Assembly (NCBI GenBank): GCA_951406725.2
Contig: OX597832.1
Span: forward strand, 8,866,001 to 8,930,000
DNA length: 64,000 nucleotides
Source: Octopus vulgaris
Taxonomy: Eukaryota
Direction: 5' to 3'
The notes below the pieces were generated by a model. It searched no databases. It was not told where the DNA came from and saw only the letters and a list, made by a program, of their open reading frames with translations. The stretch's first letter is position 1; each line of letters begins with the position of its first letter. Positions 55,261 through 64,000 of this stretch are shown here, piece by piece. The translations under genes were made by a program, and so were the position numbers.

Positions 55261-56879
55261 ATTTTCTTGAAAGTCAAGTCGAATTGGACTTTCCGAACAT
55301 CCCCAACCAAAAACACTTCCTCCAAATTTTGTATATTCGGAATCTACATTATATAACGCATATTCGTAGACGATTTCATTTAAAAAATCCATTTTTCTGA
55401 ATGTTACGATCATCCAATATCGGGGTCGGGGGTAGATATCTGTAGTTACGCCCTGGAATCACACATGAAGAGATTTCAGTATAAACGTTCGGGGAATATA
55501 GTCAGAGAGAAACAAAAATATTCCGCGAACCATCTCAGCTGCCAAAGCCTTTGTATCAATGATGGAAGTTTTTTCTCACCTTTTTGCTGAATTCACAAAC
55601 TGACTGTTGGGAATAAAATGACCTGTTTATTTATATACGTGTGTGTGTATGTGTGCATACATAAATCTCTATAAATATATATGTATCTAGCTGTCTCCTT
55701 CTTTATCCTTTCCCTTTCTCTCTCTCTCTCTTTCTGATTCTTTGTTTTCTTTCACTGACTCTACACCTTACTTCCACTCCATTTCAACCCATTTCACGCC
55801 ATTTAATACTTTCATCCTTCACTGTCACAAAAGATAAAAGAGTCAAGACTCTTAGGCACACCTGTACACATAAATCTGTCTCCAGTTTCTTTGTCCATAG
55901 GGAACTAAAATGGCATTGCTTTCAGTACTGACCAATTCTATACTACATAATTGCAGGCTCGCCCATCCGCTCAAACACCACACACACACATACGCGTTTG
56001 TAATTACCTTCATGTTTTCACATGCCACTAAATCGGAGGAAATAATTATTCCCTCTTTAGTGACATCAGATATTAGGATTTAGATGAAAACGACCTGTTG
56101 TCTCTAATGTGCCCAACATTTGATAATATTGTCCACAGAATGGATGTAAAGATTTTTTTTAAGAACTCACGCTCGAATTGATCCCTTCGTCTATTGGTAT
56201 ACTAAAAACATTGTGTACAAGAGGTATAAAAATTCACCATAACCCTACGCATGCCTCACCAAAATATTACCATGTCCCACTAAAATATTACCTTGCCCCA
56301 CTGGTGGGGCATGCGCCGCGCTTTAGGAATCAAGGATTTATATGAATCAGAATGTTTTTTCCTATGTTTAGAAGGAGAAAAAGTTTTTTTTTAAAGGGGA
56401 AGTGATAGAAAGATGATCAAAGTGGGGAATGGACAGAGAGAAAGAGAGAGGTTTCAGAACAATCATGAAAGAGTAAAAAATATAACGAGGAAAATAATGG
56501 GATGGTGACAGGATAGGTAGATAGACAGACTGACAGATAGCTAGATAGATAAACAGATACAGAAAGAGTGAGCGAGAGAGAAAGATGTCTCTTTTCAATT
56601 TGATGTGATCAATTTATTGAAATGTTATTGCAAAGCATTTTCCTTTTCTTTCTTTTTCTCCTTTCTTTCTTTTTTACCTTGTATACCTATCAACATATAT
56701 GTTTTTCGTTCTTGTCCCATTTTGTATTATATATATATATAATCATTTATAGAGATGAGTATCACGTTAATATCATTGGCGCCAAATTCAGAAACAAGAG
56801 TAATAGTGTGATATAAATGTTTTCTCTTCATCCATCATCATTACTATTTGAAAGAAAAAAAGAAAAAATATAGTTCCTC

Positions 56880-57395
56880 TGCTTCTCTTTCAAACATTTA
56901 ATTTTGGAGAGAAGTTTTTGATGAAGTGTAGCGTCATTGTTCTTCGGAAGTTTTGGACATCTCCTGCAAATTGGTAAAAAGGAAAGATTTGGAACTTTCC
57001 TTCACCCTATATTTCTACATACTTGCTCAGTAGAATCTTGCGCTATCCCTCTAGTCGGATGTGTTGTCTATGGAATCTTGTACATTGGCAGAAAGAATTG
57101 TTTGTTTGGCCGATGTAATTTTCTTTGCTATTGGGGCAAGTAATGTAGTATATGAGATTCTGCGTCTTATATTTCATATCTGAATTTAATTTGAACGAAA
57201 CTCCGTTTTTGAAATTCTTGAGAGAATCACTTTCTAAGCATTTAAAGTTGCTGTTGTCGTTCCATGTTTCATATCTGCTATCTCCATATTCTTTTACGGA
57301 AAATTCCGATTCATTCCCTGATGTGAATTCATAGGTGAATTGATAGGTGTTTTTTACGAGAATTTTGGGTTGGAGTCTACTTTTTCAGAAAAGGG
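56880..57395 (-). pseudogene. Penelope-like GIY-YIG endonuclease fragment
   Basis: Minus strand: FKNGVSFKLNSDMKYKTQNLIYYITCPNSKENYIGQT..RFHRQHIR..KFQIFPFYQ..HFIKNFSPKLN, with stops. Confidence 0.85.
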
Positions 57396-58483
57396 CTTAC
57401 ATACATACGGGCGTACATACATACAACACGCGTGCACACACAAACGCATACACACAAACACACACATACGTATATACATATATGAAACAAATGAAGAGCC
57501 AGAGTGTTGAAATATATTTTCTGTGGTCAAATCCCACTATTATCAAACTGAGCTTTCATCGTACAGAGGTCGATAAGATTATGAACTGGCCAGGTAAACA
57601 AGTAAAATTGATGAGCTATGTGCTTCACGTTTATTAATCAACAATAATGTATGGTTCGCAGGTTTGCTAGCATGGTATTCAGATTCGAGGTGAAAATTTT
57701 CAAATTGAAATCTTCCTTTTTTTAATTTCTAATTTCATAATTTGCCCACTTTTATCAATTATGGTTTTGTGTTTTGCGTACAAATATTAATTAGTTCTTT
57801 ATTATTATATTAACAAGATTTGAAAGAAGCGCAGTTATTTCGTTTATTGCGTTGACTTGTACCATGTTTGTTGCAGGTAAGCTGTCTAAGTATACGTGTT
57901 ATTTGCAGAATAGGAAAGCAAAACAATATCATAAAATGATCTTTTGTAGAGCATTTAATGAGACGTGGTACACATTTTAAATCATTTCACAATGCTCTCC
58001 ATTACCACAATAATACTGAAGGTAGCACCAGAAGTATCGCAAAATTCTCTGGAATGCGGAAACATAAATCATCCTCAGTAGATGCAGTAAGTTAATCAAA
58101 AATTTATTTAGCAGTAAAAGAGAGTACAGAACATTTAAGATTTTATGCAAGAATGAAATAGAGTGAAAAAAACGTTAATATACATACGTAAAATAATATC
58201 TGCTGTCTTATATTTATTTTCATATCTTGCATATAATTTTAAGCTAAACTCCTATAATCCATTAAAAACCAACAAATATTTCGCTAGCAGCTGACAAGAT
58301 ATATGGAGTCAAAATACATCAGGGGTTGAGTTAAAAAAAAATTCAATATTTTAAAAATGCTTATGTAATGCATTCATATACACTTGTATATTGACACATA
58401 TGCATATTTAAACACCACTCTCACGCATAGGCAGATCAAACATATATACACCACTACACGCATACACACAAACACACATACAA

Positions 58484-58520
<37 letters not shown>

Positions 58521-59216
58521 CAGGCATGCACACATTTATAGATATAGGTATATATACGGGTAATGTATATCATGAATAAAATATTTTTTTACATATACCT
58601 CTTATAAATTTATGTTTGTTCCGATGGCATCATGAGGTATTATGTATAGTTTTTCATATGATAAACGGTAATAGTTTTCTTTTCATCTACCAATACGAGC
58701 CTTGCTCTATATGAAACCATAAAATTTATCACTTCTCTGAGCCTGATTTAGTTAAAATCCATGACAAAATATCCTCATTAAAACAAGAAAACATCCGTAA
58801 AAACAACACAAGAAACAACGATAGCAGACCAATAAAATATATTCAAAAATAATTTCATTAATAATAACGTTAATAATAATGCTATGAAGGAAATGAATAT
58901 GCTTTGAAATTTATTTCCAATTACATTGCAATGATATAGAGAAAGAGAATATATTGCACCAGGGATGCAATACATAAATATATACATACTTACATACATG
59001 CATACACTTACATATAGCGGCATTCAAGATTTCACATGCCATGCATGTAACGATGAGTGCTTATATATATATATATATAGCCATTGTGAAATGGGGAAAA
59101 AGATGTACATCGACTCATTAGATTCTCCACAAGGTTTGGTTCTATCATGTAATGTGCATACAGGGTCGTATATTTACGAGCTAACACATACACGTAAGCA
59201 GAGAATGACACGTACA

Positions 59217-59258
<42 letters not shown>

Positions 59259-59295
59259 TGTTTGTGTATGTGTGTGTGTACGTGTGTGTGTATAA

Positions 59296-59365
<70 letters not shown>

Positions 59366-59432
59366 GTATTTATATATATGTATGCATATATCTATATAAA
59401 TATGTATATATACTTATATATTTATATGGGTA

Positions 59433-59475
<43 letters not shown>

Positions 59476-60055
59476 AATATACACTTACACACACACACAC
59501 ACATATATACTCATGTATGTATATGTATATCATTTTAGTATATGTGCATATTTACGCTCGCTTGTGAATCTGTGCCCCTGCATGCACACTCTTTCTATGC
59601 AACTTTAACACATATTGTATATTTTTTACACCGATAAATATAATTCATGTTATATTACAGCGCAGTGTTTTATTTTCTATCTATCATTTAAATATTTTCG
59701 TTATTATAACATTGAATTTATTTCCAGATTACCGAAGAAAAAAATCTCAAAAATGTATATATAAATAAATAGAAGAAAGAATCGTAATAACCCTAGAAAG
59801 ATATACATTTTAAGAAATATATTATCTACGTCAAAATGATTTTTAACAATAAGGATTATTAGAAATATACGATGACGATAAGATATATCGGAATAATAAC
59901 CTGTTTCAAATAGCATTTTGTAGATTTCAGAGATAAAAATTTCCATACACATTTGCACAGGATCATATACACAATGAGAGGTACGCGCAAACGCACACCA
60001 AAAATTCACATACACACAATACACACATAAACACATATGTTTACACACACACACA

Positions 60056-60148
<93 letters not shown>

Positions 60149-61390
60149 GTATATATGCAAGTATGTATAACACAGATGTTACTTTGATAAAAATCAGATA
60201 TTTGCGGAAATAATGTTAAATATAAAGAATTTGAATCAAGCTGATATATGCTTAATAAAACTGATCTTAAGTAATATGTGTTATAAACAAGGGAAATATA
60301 TGTAAATATAGTTATCTTTATCTGTTACGTTTAACTTTTTGGAACAACATTTAATTTTGATTCAATGACATAAATATAAATAACATACAAAATTACAACA
60401 AAAACTAACACAAGCCATATTTAAATAAATCAAAGACAAGTTTCTCTATCTCGCTAAGTGCTTCGTGTTGATATTTGTAGTAGTAGTAGTAGTTGTTGTG
60501 GTATTATTGATGATGTTGCTTGTGGCCCTATTGCAAATATATTTCTAAAGATTTTATATCATCTATTATTTTGCATATTGCATTTATTAGACATAATCAA
60601 ATCTTGCGTATGAGAAATATGGACTTTTGTGAGTTGTTGTTGTAAAAACAGCGTATTGCTATTATCTACTTTATTTCTAAAGTATTTTTTTGTAAGTTTT
60701 CCTTACATGTAAATTCTTAGCATTCAGAAGCCCAAAATATCGAATCACGTCTCATTGCTTCACTTGGAAATCTCCTCTTCTAATTGAATTTTATATCTAG
60801 TATCACATCTGTTAAAAATTTATAACTTGTCCGTCAATTACCTCTAGTTTTGTCAATTAATTTTCTTTATCGTAACTCTCCCTAGTACATCCTCTCATGT
60901 TCATAGTTAAAAGTAAATCTTAATGTATATTACCGATACACGCGAAAACGATGCTCCAAAATTATCAACTTATATCAATTGAGCGAAAAAAGTTCCACAT
61001 CAGTGAATTACCCTAAACGTTTTGCAATGGATATCTTGCCGATAAGACGCATCTCTCAGTGTACAAATCTGAACATGCTTCACTAAATAATGTCAAACTT
61101 GGATGAATTCAACTCCAAAATAATCGAATATCTCGTTAGAAACGATTTCCAGAAATCCAATATTTTGAGTGCAGAAAAAAAGAATCATTATATTCCTTTT
61201 TATTTATAACGGAAGAACAAATTTTGACATAGCTGTAAGAATTACCAAACGCACATCTGTGGTGGTGGGCTCAACCCAGAGTTGCAAATGAAACTGAAAA
61301 TTAACAGAAAATACAATAATCACTCGACTATTGCGGGTACCACGTTCCGAACCTCCGTGATAGGTGAAAATCAGCGGAGTAGAAACAGTA

Positions 61391-61468
<78 letters not shown>

Positions 61469-61489
61469 TTATTCATTTTCTTGATATGC

Positions 61490-62730
61490 ATATGATTTGA
61501 TTGATTTTGATTTTTCCAGTTTCACCTAATGAGCTGTGGCCATGCTGGGGCACCGCCATTTGGTTTGCTACACGATTTTACCTCACGGATGCTTTTTAGC
61601 AAACGCCATCTGATGCATGAGAGAGTTCGATGCAGCTGCCCTCATCTGCACCTCCTGCCGTGAAGTTGGTTCATCCGGGACACCTGACTGGAAGAGATCC
61701 AGTCCTACTTTAAAGACATCGCATCTACACCATGCAGGTCCCTCAGATTCTTCGGGATGATATTGAAGAGCTGTGGGCCTCTGAAGCCCAGGCTATCACA
61801 GTATCTTGTCCTACATCTTGATGGCAAATTTGGAGTCCTTGGTACTACGCAGTGGCGCCCGGTTCTGGCATTTGTGTGACTCTCGATGCCAAAGTTTGGA
61901 ACAAGTCCTTCCAGGATCTTCCAGATATACATTATGGCATATCTTTCTCGCCTACGCTCCAGGGAATAGAGCTTTAATCTCTTGAGTCTTTCCCAGTAGC
62001 TCATATGCTGCACAGAGGCTATCTTCTTCGTGTAGCTTCGTTGGATCGCCTCAAGTTCTGTGATCAACTTGACACTGGATGGTGACCATAGCTGAAAGCA
62101 ATAGTCAAAGTGGCTTAGGACAAGTGTCTTCCAGAGGACCATCATGGTTTCTTGTTCTCTTGTTCTAAAGGTTCTAAGAATCCAGCCAGCCAGCCGTCTA
62201 CATTTCATTGCCAGTTTAGCAACATGTACATGAAAGGTCGCGTCATCACTCATGTGAATACCCAGGTCACGCACTGATTGTGCCTTTGGGATTGCAATTC
62301 CTCCGGGTCCAGTGTATTCATTGGGTATTGCATTCAGTTTTGCATGCTGATAGTATAAAGCTTGAAACTTTTCAGCATTGAACTGCATGCTATTCTTTTC
62401 AGCCCACTTGTATATTTCGTCCAGCTCACATTGCAGGTGCTTAGTGTCTTCAGGGTTATGTATTGCCTGTGAAACTTTTGTATCATCTGCATAACTTGTG
62501 ATCGTGGCTCTCTGCGTGGCTGAGGGCATGTCTGAGAGGGCCATTATGAACAGTAGTGGTCCCAAAACAGTGCCCTGCGGAACACCACTCACTATTTGGC
62601 TGCTACCACCTGACTTCTATTCTTCAGAAAGTCATGAAGCCATTCTCCCAATTTTCCAACTATGCCAAGATCACGCAGTTTGTGACATATCATTCCATGA
62701 TCGACTTTATCAAAAGCCTTTGCAAAGTAT
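61490..62730 (-). mobile_element. 5'-truncated CR1-group LINE (RT to 3' end), relatively well preserved
   Basis: FAKAFDKVDHG, SGVPQGTVLGPLLF, YADDTK, RDLGI and YWERLKRLKLYSLERRRER; frameshift near 61710; 3' UTR GGCGGTGCCCCAGCATGGCCACAGC followed by an ATCAA-like tail. Confidence 0.93.
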
Positions 62731-63088
62731 ATTCATTTTATTGTAAATACAAAACGACAACACAGAGGAATAGACGTAAGCTTAAAATAATAAACTGCGA
62801 TAGATGAACCACGATGTGGCGTTGGATTATTGTAGACAGAAAATAAGCAGAAACCTATACGGAAATCCATTGAACACAATCAAACACACATGCATACACA
62901 AACAGACAGGCAGACAGACACACAAACGTGTGCGCGGAGTCGGTGCAGCATTAGGAATCCAACATTTCCGTCGCGATTACTTATTTGTTTTAGAGATGTT
63001 TAATCCAAGAACCGCACAGTCTATGATGGTTGATAAAGTCTACTGAAATTGCTGAAAATAATTCCTCACGCATACCTGTATACAAACG

Positions 63089-63190
63089 AAAGCAACTAGT
63101 AAAATATAAAATAATTACAAAAGAGATATGCAATGTTCAAAGCAACTAGTAAAATATTTAGCAATTACGAAATAGATATGCAATGTTCAA
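63089..63190. repeat. 50-bp tandem duplication
   Basis: AAAGCAACTAGTAAAATAT...AGATATGCAATGTTC occurs twice. Confidence 0.85.
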
Positions 63191-64000
63191 TGGATAAATG
63201 TCATATAAATGTTAGACAAATTATGCTTATATTGTCCATGGCACAGTATTTTAAATATTAAATGAATATCTGCTATGAAATCCTTTGTGAAATGCGACTG
63301 ATTCTTATTTAAAGTCCTATTGTGTGCTTCCTAATACTGAAAATGTAAATGAATTATATTCATACTGATTTTTGTATCATAGATCTGACAGTGACATCAG
63401 AGACAAAACAACTTGAAATAGATTCCTTTTATCAGTAAATGAAACATAATTTAATGGATTCTTCATATCAGTTGACGAATCCTTGCCAAGTAGATGTCAT
63501 CGCTCTGTTTCAGCTCCCAAGGTCGATATGATCTAAACGTTACCAATGAAGAAAATATTCTATAGCTCTCAAGTATTTCCGTAACTCTTACTTTACATAG
63601 ATCGAGCTATCCGAAGATATGCATATTGACAATGATCCTGTGACGGCTATATCGTTTCTAATAAAGATTAGGCATTCAAGCCTAGGGGAGTGTATATTTA
63701 TCGATACTGCTAGAAGTAGGCGACACATTCACTGGGAAAAGACGTCTAGGTTACATGGTTGACTTCTCGAAAAATAAGAAAAATAAGACATAATAGGGAC
63801 AGATAGCAGATATATGTTTAAAATGCTGACATCCAGTCGAGGCAAGAGTGAAATGCACCATATTTTATCTAAGAAACAAAAAAAATACGTTTTTCTTACT
63901 GTATACTGGTAGGGAAATGAAACTAATTTCGTAAAATGTATTTTACTCTGGAAGGTTTTGTGTCATCTTATTTATTAAAGAGAAGCGGGTCTCCGTCAGT

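Overview
AT-rich, microsatellite-dense animal genomic DNA with no host protein-coding exon I can support, so it is probably intronic or intergenic. The repeat content (tRNA-derived SINEs with a GGTGCTCCAGCATGGCCGCAGTC tail, Meta-domain-like SINEs, dense (TA)n, (AAT)n, (TTC)n and (CTAT)n) looks like a coleoid cephalopod, probably Octopus; this is inference from recognised repeats, not a search result. Identifiable content: four Penelope-like element (PLE) fragments, RTE, CR1-group and decayed R4/Dong-like LINE remnants, mariner and maT-like transposase pseudogenes, a MITE and three SINE families. The main unexplained signal is about 14 type I hammerhead ribozyme (HHR) motifs, intact to decayed, found by eye. 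Most sit in short non-coding elements inserted into (TA)n or (CTAT)n tracts, many arranged as divergent inverted duplications (foldbacks). Several unrelated families share a TTTG(G/A)CTGCTATTTC-type motif about 80-120 nt downstream of the HHR. One element is a tRNA-headed SINE carrying an HHR and a PLE-style inverted 3' duplication. Together these suggest a set of PLE-dependent, ribozyme-bearing non-autonomous retroelements. All folding and alignment was done by eye and needs computational confirmation.
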